Assembly: GCA_965246845.1 (NCBI GenBank)
Contig: CBDFFR010000004.1
Coordinates: forward strand, 213,361 to 277,360
Length of the DNA: 64,000 nucleotides
Reading direction: 5' to 3'
Source: Aggregatilineales bacterium
GTDB taxonomy: Bacteria > Chloroflexota > Anaerolineae > Aggregatilineales > UBA2796
Part shown: positions 38,058 to 47,524 of the stretch, one piece after another
How positions within the stretch are numbered: position 1 is the stretch's first letter
Layout of the letters: the number at the start of each line of letters is the position of its first letter
Translations under genes and position numbers: made by a program
The notes under the pieces: generated by a model
Seen by the model: the letters and a program-made list of their open reading frames with translations, nothing else
Databases searched by the model: none
Told to the model about the DNA's origin: nothing

Positions 38058-40100
38058 ATGGTTTGTCACAATGAGCCGCATCGTCCAACACTGAACGTAC
38101 ATAGAGAAAATGCGATGATAACTGGATATTCGGCAACGATTGGCGAAAAACGCCTTGAGCGCTTGCTACAACAGCTTCCTCAAACTGAATTTATAGCGTT
38201 TCCACAACCGCGTATTGATCGCAATGAGCAAACAAGCACAAACCCGGATTTTTTGCTAGTGTGGAAGAGCAAAGGCATCCTCGCTATTGAAGTTAAAGAC
38301 TGGCTTGAAATCACAGGTGGCGACTCACGAAAGGTCACTATTCAACAGCGCTCAGGGGAAAAGCGCTCCACAACAAACCCCTTCCAGACGGCGAGAAGCT
38401 ATGCCCTTGATCTCAAGGAGCGCCTAGAAACATATCGTGATTTCATGACTGAAATTCGCGGCAGTGAAAAGTTGTCTTTTCCATGTGAGGGGCTGGTCGT
38501 TCTATCTGCATTCTCGATGAGTACCGTATCTGGGTTGGAAGATGCAGGTATTTTCCCTGAGAATGCTGTGCTATCTGGAGATGATCTGCTGAATGTAGAA
38601 GCGCTTGTCAAGGCGCTAAACCGGATACGATGGACCTTCCCGCTCTCCCGCCAAATCGCAGATAGCACAATCGAAGCGTTCGAGAAATACCTTAATCTTG
38701 TGCGCGTCGATGTTCCTGTTAAATTACGGGGTGATACTGTACTTGAGACAAAGGGGAATTTAACACCTGACCAAGAGCGGGTACTTTGGCTTCCATTTGA
38801 GAAGATTCGTGCGGGTCACAACATCCACCTGTTACGTGGCCCTGTCGGATGCGGAAAAACCGTCGTGTTAAGTAAGCGAGCTATGCGTTGTGCTGAAGCA
38901 CGACCGGATTGGAAGGTGCTGGTCACATCGTTTCATATCGACATTGCTGATGATCTTCGGCGTAGAATTCCGCAACCCACAATTGATGTGAAGAAGTTCT
39001 ACGCAATTTGTGAAGAAATCCTGGGTGAGAACTATCCGCGAGTAAAAGATTATCGCGGCGAGTTGGGTCCGTTGGCTATTCGGGATTGGACCAAGCAGAT
39101 AGGAGATGAAATTAAAGGGCTTGGACTGACACCGGATTTTATTGCCAGTGAAATTGGTCGTCGGAAGGATGCGCAGCTTTATGATATAGCGGAATACAGT
39201 GAGGATTTGAAGCGACGCCACAAATGGTTGAACGAGGATCAACGTGAGTGGCTTAATGAAATATTCTTTGAACTTTACCAAAGCTATCAGAAGGAAGAAG
39301 CCGCGCATGGTAACGATGCACGCGATTGGGAGGACTTGATCGTGTTGACCAAAGATGCACTGCGAAATCACAAAATGCGGCAGTTATACGACGCCATTTT
39401 CATTGATGAGGCGCAGGATTTTAGCCCTATGATGATGGAAGTCATAAAACGGTTGCTGGTTCCAGGTGGTTACCTGTTTCTCACTGACGATCCCGTTCAA
39501 TGTTTGTGGCGTCGGTTTAACTGGGCAGATCGTAACGTCAAACCAAATAGAACCGATACGTTGGGGACACCGTTGCGAACTACAATCTCAGTTTTCAATC
39601 TCGCTCAGTGTTTGCTTGATGAACACCCAATGATGCGCGCGGAGAATGATACCGACTTGTATCCGGCAACTCCTGGCGAGCAAGTAGAAACGGGCGAAAT
39701 GCCGCAATTAAAACAATTTGATACAGAGGACAGTGAATGTGAGTTCATCGACAAGACACTGCAATCCCTCCTCGACAATGGCATTGACGCAGCACAGATT
39801 GCTGTTTTCTTTCCAAGATACAATGGGTTTAAGGAACGTTGGAAAGAAAGGGATGTTTCGTTTCAGCAGGTTTTCGTGAGTACATTCGGCCGCATCAAAG
39901 GTCTGGAATTTGAAGTGGTGATCATCCCTGAACTCAATCAAATGTTTAAGTTGATGCCAGCCAGAGATCGTGACAATATGGTACTTTCTCTGCGACAGTT
40001 GTTTGTAGCGATCACTCGCGCCAGGAAGCAGGTGTATCTCTCCTACTGTGGCACTCTGCCAGAACAACTCGCCTGCCTACGCTATTTTTGTGTCGAATGA
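38058..40100 (+). CDS. NERD-domain + UvrD/AAA_30-like SF1 helicase (Nhi-like architecture)
   Basis: NERD-like NPDFLLVWKSKGILAIEVKDW. Walker A LRGPVGCGKTVV, Walker B IFIDEAQDF, and C-terminal GLEFEVVIIPE...LFVAITRARKQVYLSY. Alternative ATG at 38115. Confidence 0.7.
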   Translation: MVCHNEPHRPTLNVHRENAMITGYSATIGEKRLERLLQQLPQTEFIAFPQPRIDRNEQTSTNPDFLLVWKSKGILAIEVKDWLEITGGDSRKVTIQQRSGEKRSTTNPFQTARSYALDLKERLETYRDFMTEIRGSEKLSFPCEGLVVLSAFSMSTVSGLEDAGIFPENAVLSGDDLLNVEALVKALNRIRWTFPLSRQIADSTIEAFEKYLNLVRVDVPVKLRGDTVLETKGNLTPDQERVLWLPFEKIRAGHNIHLLRGPVGCGKTVVLSKRAMRCAEARPDWKVLVTSFHIDIADDLRRRIPQPTIDVKKFYAICEEILGENYPRVKDYRGELGPLAIRDWTKQIGDEIKGLGLTPDFIASEIGRRKDAQLYDIAEYSEDLKRRHKWLNEDQREWLNEIFFELYQSYQKEEAAHGNDARDWEDLIVLTKDALRNHKMRQLYDAIFIDEAQDFSPMMMEVIKRLLVPGGYLFLTDDPVQCLWRRFNWADRNVKPNRTDTLGTPLRTTISVFNLAQCLLDEHPMMRAENDTDLYPATPGEQVETGEMPQLKQFDTEDSECEFIDKTLQSLLDNGIDAAQIAVFFPRYNGFKERWKERDVSFQQVFVSTFGRIKGLEFEVVIIPELNQMFKLMPARDRDNMVLSLRQLFVAITRARKQVYLSYCGTLPEQLACLRYFCVE

Positions 40101-40460
40101 GCCATAGCCTCACTCACTCTTATCGGCAAGTGTTGTACCACGATAGTCGCGCTAATCCTCTTGTTCGTAAGCATTATGGTCAGATACTCCATTGTGTTTT
40201 CGTTCCATGTCTGTAGTGCGACCACAAACGCCTCTTTGTGACCCATCGTGCAAGCATGTTTGTAATCGGCGTAGAGCTTCTTAGCTGAGACAAAGCCCAT
40301 TGGCAGGTTACAACGCCAGAGTGTCGGGGATGGGGCGCTCCGGTGGGTCCTGTTTGCGTCGCAGTATTTTCAACGTCAGACAGTTTTCGACGTCCAGCCT
40401 CTGTAATCTTATATGGTTCGCCCTTCTCATGTAGTGCAACGTCCTATAGCGCACCCACTG
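40082..40460 (-). pseudogene. Relic of the 3' end of a primase/helicase gene (paralog of 42027..44942) with an internal deletion
   Basis: The 72-aa ORF GFVSAKKLYADYKHACTMGHKEAFVVALQTWN... parallels NGFVSTEKLYGGYKHACAMGHKLPFLTALHNQN... of the full gene. DNA at 40200-40330 aligns by eye to 42170-42300, and 40370-40460 aligns to 42740-42830. Confidence 0.7.
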
Positions 40461-40463
40461 CCC

Positions 40464-41978
40464 TCAACCTACGTACAAATATGCCGCAGCACTTGACCGT
40501 ATTCCCGCATCGTACCCACCCAAAATCAGTACATCACCCGTCGGGAGCGTCGTCGCTGTCATGTAATACAGCGTCTCGGCTATCTTGCCCGACGCTATGG
40601 TAAACTCCTTTGCCGCGGGATCATATACTTCGACCTGACTCCCACTACCCACCACCAGCACCCGATCATTGTACAGTGTCACCACCGAATCAATGATCTT
40701 ATACCGTCCCTCGCGCAGGGCCGGTGCTTCCCGAAATGTACCCGCTGCTGTATCGTAAATTTCAGCGCTCTTGAACGCCCCCACCGCCCCGTACTCCTCG
40801 ACATCCGCACCGCCTACAACCAGCACGTCGCCATTGGGCAGCGGCCTCGCAGCGTGCTTGTGCCGTCCGGTAAGCAGTGCCCCCGTTTTGGTGAACGTTC
40901 TGCGCGTCTGGTCGTACAGTTCGGCGCTGGCCGTCACCTGTGTGCCATTGCGTCCGCCCACGATCAGAATCTGACCATTAAACAACCATGTGGCGGTGAA
41001 TGAGGCGCGCGGCTCGGTCATGTCTCCAATTGCGGTAAATGTGCGCTTCCGGTAATCGTAGATTTCAGTGCTCGTCAGTGATTGACGATAGCCGTTGGTG
41101 TAGCCACCCATGACCAACACATTCCCGTCATCCAGCAAAATCGCGACGAACCCTTCGCGCGGCGCAGTCAGTGATCCCACAGCAGTAAAGGTGCGTGTTG
41201 CCGGGTCGTAAAGTTCAGCGCTGGAGAGACGCCCACTTTTACCATACCCGCCCATAATCAGCACCGACGCATCATTCAGTTCTACTGCCACATGGCTTAC
41301 CCGCGCATCCGTCATTCTGGTTTCCAGAGCCGTAAATTCGCGCTTCTGCACGTCGTAAAGTTCAGCGCTGTCGAAAATGTTGCCTTCGCCCGCCATGCCG
41401 CCTGTGATCAGCACCGTGCCGTCACGGAGCATAGTCGCGGTATGCCCAGCGCGCGGCGTGGTCATCGTTGTGGCAAGTTTTTCTACCCGTCCGGGCGTCT
41501 GGTCGGCCACACGGAAGACCACTTCACCGGAGTCTTTGCCGTGCTGCACAATCATCCGCCAACAGCCCGCTTTCAGGAAAATAAAGCCCGTTCCATATTC
41601 TGCGCCAGGACGCTCCCAGGTAGAGCTACCGTGCGCTTCCGGTCCCCATCTCGGCAGAACTTCCGTGCCGTCCTCGTGCCGCGCCACAATGCTGAAATTG
41701 CCGAACCCCGTCATGCGCCAGACAATTTTCACCTCATGTCCTGTTTGAAACGGCTTTGGCGGGGTGAACAGGAGCGCCCATAGCTCTTGCGTGGCCGAGG
41801 TCCCTCTTACTTCGGGAAAATTCGTAATGCCGCCCTGAATGGGGGTCGCCACACACGCCGCTTGCAAGGTCTCCGCCCGCACTGCACAACCGCTTGGCAG
41901 AGTCGCACATAAGCACACCATCATACACATCACGTACCGCAGCATTAGCCATTCTCCACTATCTGGATGGTCAGGCAA
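40464..41978 (-). CDS. Secreted/lipoprotein Kelch-repeat protein
   Basis: N-terminal hydrophobic segment with Cys (LCATLPSGCA). At least 6 repeats of the type GHTATMLRDGTVLITGG...SAELYD. Confidence 0.65.
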   Translation of the reverse strand: MPDHPDSGEWLMLRYVMCMMVCLCATLPSGCAVRAETLQAACVATPIQGGITNFPEVRGTSATQELWALLFTPPKPFQTGHEVKIVWRMTGFGNFSIVARHEDGTEVLPRWGPEAHGSSTWERPGAEYGTGFIFLKAGCWRMIVQHGKDSGEVVFRVADQTPGRVEKLATTMTTPRAGHTATMLRDGTVLITGGMAGEGNIFDSAELYDVQKREFTALETRMTDARVSHVAVELNDASVLIMGGYGKSGRLSSAELYDPATRTFTAVGSLTAPREGFVAILLDDGNVLVMGGYTNGYRQSLTSTEIYDYRKRTFTAIGDMTEPRASFTATWLFNGQILIVGGRNGTQVTASAELYDQTRRTFTKTGALLTGRHKHAARPLPNGDVLVVGGADVEEYGAVGAFKSAEIYDTAAGTFREAPALREGRYKIIDSVVTLYNDRVLVVGSGSQVEVYDPAAKEFTIASGKIAETLYYMTATTLPTGDVLILGGYDAGIRSSAAAYLYVG

Positions 41979-42026
41979 TTGTATCCAGCCCCTACGTAGG
42001 CTTCTACAACGCTAAAGGTCACTGCG

Positions 42027-44942
42027 TTACTGTGTCATGGGAATTGGCTTGGCTTCGCGTGGTAAGTGCTGAATGACCACGTACTCGCGGATGTGTTTGC
42101 CGGCGACCAGCTCCTTGAGGTAGTCAATCGCTTTCGTGTTCTGGTTGTGTAATGCGGTCAGGAACGGCAACTTATGACCCATCGCGCAAGCATGTTTATA
42201 GCCGCCGTAGAGCTTCTCGGTAGAGACAAAACCGTTCGGCAGGTAGAGTGCCAAAATATCGGGGATGGGGCGCTCTGGCGGGTCTTGCTCGCACCGCAGC
42301 ACTTCCTCGAAGTAGGGCGTGAAGGCATCACCTAACGCAATCTCAAATGCGGTGCGCAGGTGGCGTGGGACAATCTCTGCAATCTTGTACAAGTCCATAC
42401 CATCCGAGGTTGGATATTGGACCTGGACCTGTTCTGCGTAGCGCGCAATGTCTTGTACCGTCATCGGCGGCAGGGATCGTTCTTCGGCTTGTACATCTTC
42501 GGCATGTCTAATCGGAGGGCTTTGGATATTAGACATCGGGCCTGAATGAGCATCAGTAGCGTCATTCGGCTGGTTGTCTGTCTCATTGGCTGCTGTGTTG
42601 TCTAATGTCAGGTCCGTTCCACACCCATAGGTGTGTGGAACTGGACTAGACATTGGACATGACTCCGGTAGTGTCCAAATGAACGGGGTTGGACATGCTT
42701 TAGACAGGTTGGACTTGACGCTTACGGCTGCACTTTCGGCGTTAGACAGCTTTAGACGTCCGGCTTCGGTGATCTTGTAGGGGTCGCCCTTTTCGTGTGG
42801 CGCGACGTAGCCAAGTCTAATCAGCGCGTTGAGACTGTAATACTTGCTCGCACGCTTTGTACCCGGCGGGAGGATTTCGTCCAACTGGCTGGACTTGATA
42901 CCAGACATGGCGAACATCTCTAACCCGACCGCACGAAGGATTTCTAGTTGCAGTGAGGAGAGCTTGTCGGCTGTCGTCTGCACGCGCTTCTCGGCAGGGA
43001 TGAGGACCGGGACAGGTGCTTCTTCGCCGATGTCGACAAGGACAGGTTTCAAGTACAAGGTATTGAACTCTGCCGAGTCCTTGACCTTTGCACAGGAGAC
43101 GGCGATCAGGTCATCTTCTTTCGAGACCTCCATCATCACGTCCATACCACCGCGTATAACAGTCGAGCCGCGCTCACGTCCGCCTGCGGCATTGGTGTGG
43201 TGGACGGCAACGACGGTTGCGCCTGTCTCGCGACGTACGCAGTCGAGTGAGTCCAGAATGAAGCCCATATCCTTCTGGTTGTTCTCATCCGCGCCGAGGC
43301 TGCACCGCGAAAGCGTATCGAAGACGACGAGCGCAGGTTGCTTGCTCTGGATGGTGGAGATGAACTGCTGGACTGCTTGCGCCTCGAAGAGCTGCACAGG
43401 TTCACGCCAGATGAAGAGTTCACCGCCTGCCTGTTTACGAAACTGCTGCCACGCCTTCTTGCGGCTGCGATAGCCGCGCAGTCCTTCGGCAACCACATAG
43501 ATCACGGTTTTGCCCGTCGCGGCGAGCGTCTGTGCCATATCGAAGACAACCTGCGTTTTGCCTGTGCTTGGAGCGCCATAGACTTCTACAAGGCTGTCCT
43601 CCGGCAGGTAATCATGGATGAGCCAGCGTATCGGCGGTAGGCTATCGAGGTCATCGACGTGCATCAGCATGTCGGAAGTTACAAGCTTGGGTTGCGCTGC
43701 GGGTTGGTTGGATGCAGCGCACTGGTCGCTCGTTACATTTAGTGGCTCAGAGGTGGATGCTTTCACCACGCGAAGCGGCGGCAGCGCTGGTCGCGTCTTC
43801 GGTTGCACATTGAGCATGACCCCTGCAAAGGTCGCGGCCTCCTGTAATGCCTGCCTGAACATCGTGGTATCGTGTTTGTTCCATGACGCGCCAAAGATGC
43901 AGTAGCCCACCAGATCGAGCGTGTCCCCGCCTGCGTGACCCGTGTGGTGATACCAGATGCCCTTCTCGATATTGATGAGCAGCCCGCCGTTTCCCGGTAG
44001 CCGATACTCTTTCCCGCTCTGCACAGCTTGCACACCGAAGTGCTGCTCGGCATAACGCACCATGTCGAAATGAGATTTGATGTCGTCTAGCACATGGCGG
44101 TCTGCTGACTGAGGTGACGCCGCATTGGACGGCAGTTTCGACGGTTGTGGCAGTTCTACTTGCGGAACAGGCAGTAGCCTTTGAAGGGTCTCAACCGAAA
44201 CAGGCGTCGGATTATCCGGTACTTCCAAAATCTGAGAACGACGGTGCGGACGCTCAGGTGTCGAGTCGCCTTTGCACGCCAGCGTGCCGTACAGTTTAAT
44301 GAGATGACTTGCGCCGATCATGCCCGTATCGACCTTCACCCGCTCGTTGCTGAACGTCGAGTCGAGCAACGCCAAAAACGTCTTGATGAGCGCTGTTGCA
44401 GCATCATCGTTCGGCCAGTCGATTGGGATGAGCAGGTGCGCTCCGTTGCCGGAGTCAGCAAGGAGTGCATGAATGCCATGCTGCGCCAGCCACTCGCGGC
44501 AGGCTTTCGCCCGCTCAATGGCTGCCTGATGCTCTTCCTCAGAAGATGAGATGCCCGCCGGACGCATCGGGTCAAAGTCGATGAACAACCAGCGACGGCG
44601 CGGTACGTCCTTGTCTGCCGAGGTCTGTTTGGCGTACTCCTTGATGCGGTTCACGCTTCGGGCGAGCAGTGCGGGCTGTACCGGGTTGATGGTGATGTAA
44701 ATTCCGTCGGCGCGACCCTCATAGCTCGCTGCGGCTTTGGCAAGCGCTTCAAAGTCGTTGAAATACCCGCTGTCGGTCCGCTTACCCTGGATGCCGGGAA
44801 TGCGCAGTTCCAGCGTATCACCCGGTTGGAACATGACCGACAGGGTACGGCGCATCAGCGCGATAGCTTCCGCGCGTGAGGCGGCTTGTGTTTTATGAAT
44901 AGTCGATACGGTAGAAGTCACATCCGCCTCCGGGCAACACAA
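42027..44942 (-). CDS. Bifunctional AEP primase-polymerase + RecA/DnaB-like (AAA_25) helicase replication protein with wHTH
   Basis: AEP motifs LFIDFDP (DxD) and ADSGNGAHLL (sGxGxH). Walker A YGAPSTGKTQV and Walker B LVVFDTLS. wHTH-like LNALIRLGYVAPHEKGDPYKITEAGRLKL. Confidence 0.7.
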   Translation of the reverse strand: MCCPEADVTSTVSTIHKTQAASRAEAIALMRRTLSVMFQPGDTLELRIPGIQGKRTDSGYFNDFEALAKAAASYEGRADGIYITINPVQPALLARSVNRIKEYAKQTSADKDVPRRRWLFIDFDPMRPAGISSSEEEHQAAIERAKACREWLAQHGIHALLADSGNGAHLLIPIDWPNDDAATALIKTFLALLDSTFSNERVKVDTGMIGASHLIKLYGTLACKGDSTPERPHRRSQILEVPDNPTPVSVETLQRLLPVPQVELPQPSKLPSNAASPQSADRHVLDDIKSHFDMVRYAEQHFGVQAVQSGKEYRLPGNGGLLINIEKGIWYHHTGHAGGDTLDLVGYCIFGASWNKHDTTMFRQALQEAATFAGVMLNVQPKTRPALPPLRVVKASTSEPLNVTSDQCAASNQPAAQPKLVTSDMLMHVDDLDSLPPIRWLIHDYLPEDSLVEVYGAPSTGKTQVVFDMAQTLAATGKTVIYVVAEGLRGYRSRKKAWQQFRKQAGGELFIWREPVQLFEAQAVQQFISTIQSKQPALVVFDTLSRCSLGADENNQKDMGFILDSLDCVRRETGATVVAVHHTNAAGGRERGSTVIRGGMDVMMEVSKEDDLIAVSCAKVKDSAEFNTLYLKPVLVDIGEEAPVPVLIPAEKRVQTTADKLSSLQLEILRAVGLEMFAMSGIKSSQLDEILPPGTKRASKYYSLNALIRLGYVAPHEKGDPYKITEAGRLKLSNAESAAVSVKSNLSKACPTPFIWTLPESCPMSSPVPHTYGCGTDLTLDNTAANETDNQPNDATDAHSGPMSNIQSPPIRHAEDVQAEERSLPPMTVQDIARYAEQVQVQYPTSDGMDLYKIAEIVPRHLRTAFEIALGDAFTPYFEEVLRCEQDPPERPIPDILALYLPNGFVSTEKLYGGYKHACAMGHKLPFLTALHNQNTKAIDYLKELVAGKHIREYVVIQHLPREAKPIPMTQ
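42601..42760. repeat. Iteron-like array plus hairpin embedded in the primase/helicase gene
   Basis: T(A/G)GAC(A/T) / TTGGACATG units (ggactagacattggacatgac, gtgtccaaatg, gttggacatgc, tttagacaggttggacttgac, gttagacagctttagacgtcc). Hairpin ttccacac/gtgtggaa at 42617-42640. 42601-42665 aligns to 12486-12550. Confidence 0.65.
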
Positions 44943-45102
44943 AGCTCGGTCGAGACAAACTTGTTCTCAACAAGACTGGAAACATTCTGTTGTGAGCAAA
45001 CGCGAGGCTATGTGTCTCGCGTTCACCTGCTTATGGCAAACGCAGCTTCGCTACGGCGGTCCGCGCGACTGTGGCTTGGTGTTCATCACTAATCTCCCTC
45101 AT

Positions 45103-45387
45103 CTAAAAACCGAACATCTCAGCGGATTGTTCAACGATGCGGCTGGTCGCCTCCGGCTCGGCAGGACTGCTGATGTTCGGACTTTTACCTGTGCGCTTGT
45201 CCGGTCGGGGCATACTGCTGATGGTTCGTCCGGGTGCTGGATGTGTATCACGAAAAAGGTAGGAGACCAGCGCCTGCCGGATGACCTCTCCGGCACGACG
45301 GTGACGCAACAAATCAGCCAGCGCGTCGTAGAGCGCTGCCTCCTGCGGGTTGTCCATGTTCAGCGAGAACTCCACCCGGCGGTTCAT
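45103..45387 (-). CDS. ParR-like small DNA-binding partition adaptor (putative RHH)
   Basis: 94-aa ORF overlapping the 3' end of parM by 4 nt. The position and size are those of parR. N-terminal beta-strand/helix pattern RRVEFSLNMDNPQEAALYDALADL. Confidence 0.45.
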   Translation of the reverse strand: MNRRVEFSLNMDNPQEAALYDALADLLRHRRAGEVIRQALVSYLFRDTHPAPGRTISSMPRPDKRTGKSPNISSPAEPEATSRIVEQSAEMFGF

Positions 45388-46457
45388 GAGGCTGACGCAG
45401 ACTCGCGCTCCCGACGAACCAGAAACCCGAATGCCCCTTCTACATTCCCGCGCCGGGTGTCGGCGGAAAGCACCCAGTGGCTCGCCTTGCCGTTGTTCAG
45501 ATAGGGCTGCAGCAGCGCTGCGCCACCCCCGCCGAGGATGACCGTCCGAATGTTCTTGCCGCGCAGTGTGCTGTTCACGAAGTTCAGGATGCGCTCGGCA
45601 AGCGCGGAGAGTTCCAGATGAACGCTTTGTGTCAGGTCATAGGTTTGGTTGTTGACGATGATCTGCTCGCTGCCCAGCGCCTCATCGACCTGCCACACAT
45701 CCAGGCCGTATGCGCCTTGCCGCCGCAGGTCTTCCAGCACCGCCGCTGCGACTGTCCCCATGCCGATGTCCGCTGACTGCGCGCCACCAACCACATACAC
45801 ACCATCCTGCATCAGCACCACGTCGGTTGTGTAGTAGCCGATGTCTACAATTGCGGTACTGCCGCGTGTGTAGCGCTCGTCCATCGTGCCGTCCTCAAGG
45901 AACGCCGCCAACCAGAACGTGCCGAGTCCTTCCGGGATAATGATCAGGTCGGCGGGTTGAACTTGTGCATACAACGACGCCCCGTTCAGCCCGTGTATCT
46001 GATACTCCCCTTGCAGCAGGTCACGAACTTCTTTGTCTTTCTGGACGTTGAACTCGCCGACCGGGATGGAAATCACTCCACGCGGGTACAGCACGCCGTC
46101 GCCTGTCTTGTGGCCGAAGGTGCGCCACAACGCGCTTGCAAAGAGCAGCCGATAGCGGTCCGAGGTATACCGGATACGACTAGTCAGGGCAGTCGGCTCG
46201 GTATCACAGAGCAAGCGCACGTCGTCACCAAAGACGTACTTTGTATTATCGATCTGGATGACCAGCCGATCTGCAACGCTGACCAGTGTATTCCGTCGAC
46301 TGAGGACACCATAGATAGAACGGTATTCGGCAGACACATCGTAGCTGCGCAGCTTGCAGAAACCATTGCCCAGGTCGAACGAGTACAGCGGCTTGCAGTT
46401 CTCGTCAGGATTCACGATACGCACTTCCTGTTGTATCACTTTGGCTTTCTTTGGCAT
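45384..46457 (-). CDS. parM: ParM/StbA-type actin-like segregation ATPase
   Basis: Phosphate-1 FDLGNGFCK, connect PEGLG, phosphate-2 VDIGYYTTDV, adenosine VILGGGGAA. Confidence 0.75.
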   Translation of the reverse strand: MPKKAKVIQQEVRIVNPDENCKPLYSFDLGNGFCKLRSYDVSAEYRSIYGVLSRRNTLVSVADRLVIQIDNTKYVFGDDVRLLCDTEPTALTSRIRYTSDRYRLLFASALWRTFGHKTGDGVLYPRGVISIPVGEFNVQKDKEVRDLLQGEYQIHGLNGASLYAQVQPADLIIIPEGLGTFWLAAFLEDGTMDERYTRGSTAIVDIGYYTTDVVLMQDGVYVVGGAQSADIGMGTVAAAVLEDLRRQGAYGLDVWQVDEALGSEQIIVNNQTYDLTQSVHLELSALAERILNFVNSTLRGKNIRTVILGGGGAALLQPYLNNGKASHWVLSADTRRGNVEGAFGFLVRRERESASAS

Positions 46458-46460
46458 GAT

Positions 46461-46907
46461 CTAACGCTCCTTTTTGTGCTTCGGGACCTTGCTGGAACCG
46501 GGCTGAACCCGGTTAGCGCGTGTCTGTCCGGGTTCAACCCGGGTTGTGGCCGGGTAGTCCGCAAGCGAGATCGTGTTACGGTCGAGCACGTCGGCCAGCT
46601 TCGCGTTCGAGAGCAAGTGCGCCCGGCACGCTGCTTTGAACTTTTCATCCAGCCGCACGCACGTTTGCAAGCGGAAGCCTGCATCGTGGATCGCGGGTGC
46701 AGTTCGGCTGACGTACTCTTTCAGCTTGCCGCCGTTCTTGAAGCACGCAACCCGCAGCCGACCGATACTCGGCAGCACGACCGTGTCACCCGTTGCAGCT
46801 TCTTCTGCAACACTTTCGAGGTAGAATTCAACTGCTTGGCGGGCGTGTTCGCGTGTAAGACCGCGCACCTGCCGTGAGACGTGAATAATGCGCTCTGTGT
46901 GGTTCAT
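46461..46907 (-). CDS. HU/IHF-like DNA-binding protein with extended basic tail
   Basis: GLTREHARQAVEFYLESVAEEAATGDTVVLPSIGRLRVA resembles the HU fold N-terminus (helix-turn-helix body followed by beta arms). Confidence 0.5.
   Translation of the reverse strand: MNHTERIIHVSRQVRGLTREHARQAVEFYLESVAEEAATGDTVVLPSIGRLRVACFKNGGKLKEYVSRTAPAIHDAGFRLQTCVRLDEKFKAACRAHLLSNAKLADVLDRNTISLADYPATTRVEPGQTRANRVQPGSSKVPKHKKER
46495..46546. repeat. parC-like palindromes immediately upstream of parM
   Basis: ggaaccgggctgaacccggtt (46495-46515). gtccgggttcaacccgggttg contains the perfect palindrome caacccgggttg (46526-46546). Confidence 0.55.
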
Positions 46908-47383
46908 TTCTGCTCCGTCGGTGGTTCGATAAACGCCTGCCTGATGGCGTCCTCAAGTGTTTTGAGGTATGGCATTCCTGAGCGGTGCGCGAACGCCAGC
47001 GCGCGATCCCACGCCTCTTTGAATGAGGTCTGCTGTTTGGTGGTAGCATTCAGGATCGGGTTGAGCATCTGCCACATGAATGCGAGCGTGACCAGATCGT
47101 TCCACAACAATTCGGACTTTGTGGCGTCGATAGTCTCGCGCAAGCCACGCTGAAAGTGGCGGCGTGAGCCGATGATTTCCTCCTCGTTGTCGATGTACAG
47201 CCGGATCGCCTCGCGCACCAAATCTGGTACGGTCGTTTGGGGTCCGCGCTGGTCGCGGAGCTGCTCCAGTTTGCGTTGTATTTCTAAGCTCACGTACACA
47301 TTCAGCCGTGCATCAAATCGTTTGTGTTCGACCACTGTGGTTGATCCTCTCTTGCTACTCGCGTGCGACTCCCATGTATGCAT
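46904..47383 (-). CDS. Ribbon-helix-helix (CopG-like) domain protein
   Basis: Probable start MHTWES at 47383. RLNVYVSLEIQRKLEQLRD fits an RHH beta-strand/helix. The upstream part of the listed ORF (to 47704) covers the hairpin cluster and looks non-coding. Confidence 0.45.
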   Translation of the reverse strand: MHTWESHASSKRGSTTVVEHKRFDARLNVYVSLEIQRKLEQLRDQRGPQTTVPDLVREAIRLYIDNEEEIIGSRRHFQRGLRETIDATKSELLWNDLVTLAFMWQMLNPILNATTKQQTSFKEAWDRALAFAHRSGMPYLKTLEDAIRQAFIEPPTEQK

Positions 47384-47524
47384 TTTGTGATCTGGAATGC
47401 CCGGAAAATCCGGTGATTTACTCAATTCGACACCTGACACCTCACCCCTATGAATAGGTCCAGCCCGCGTCCGCTGTCCCGCGCGTATTGGCATGGGGGA
47501 CCTTGCGCGCAGTCGCGCCGATGT

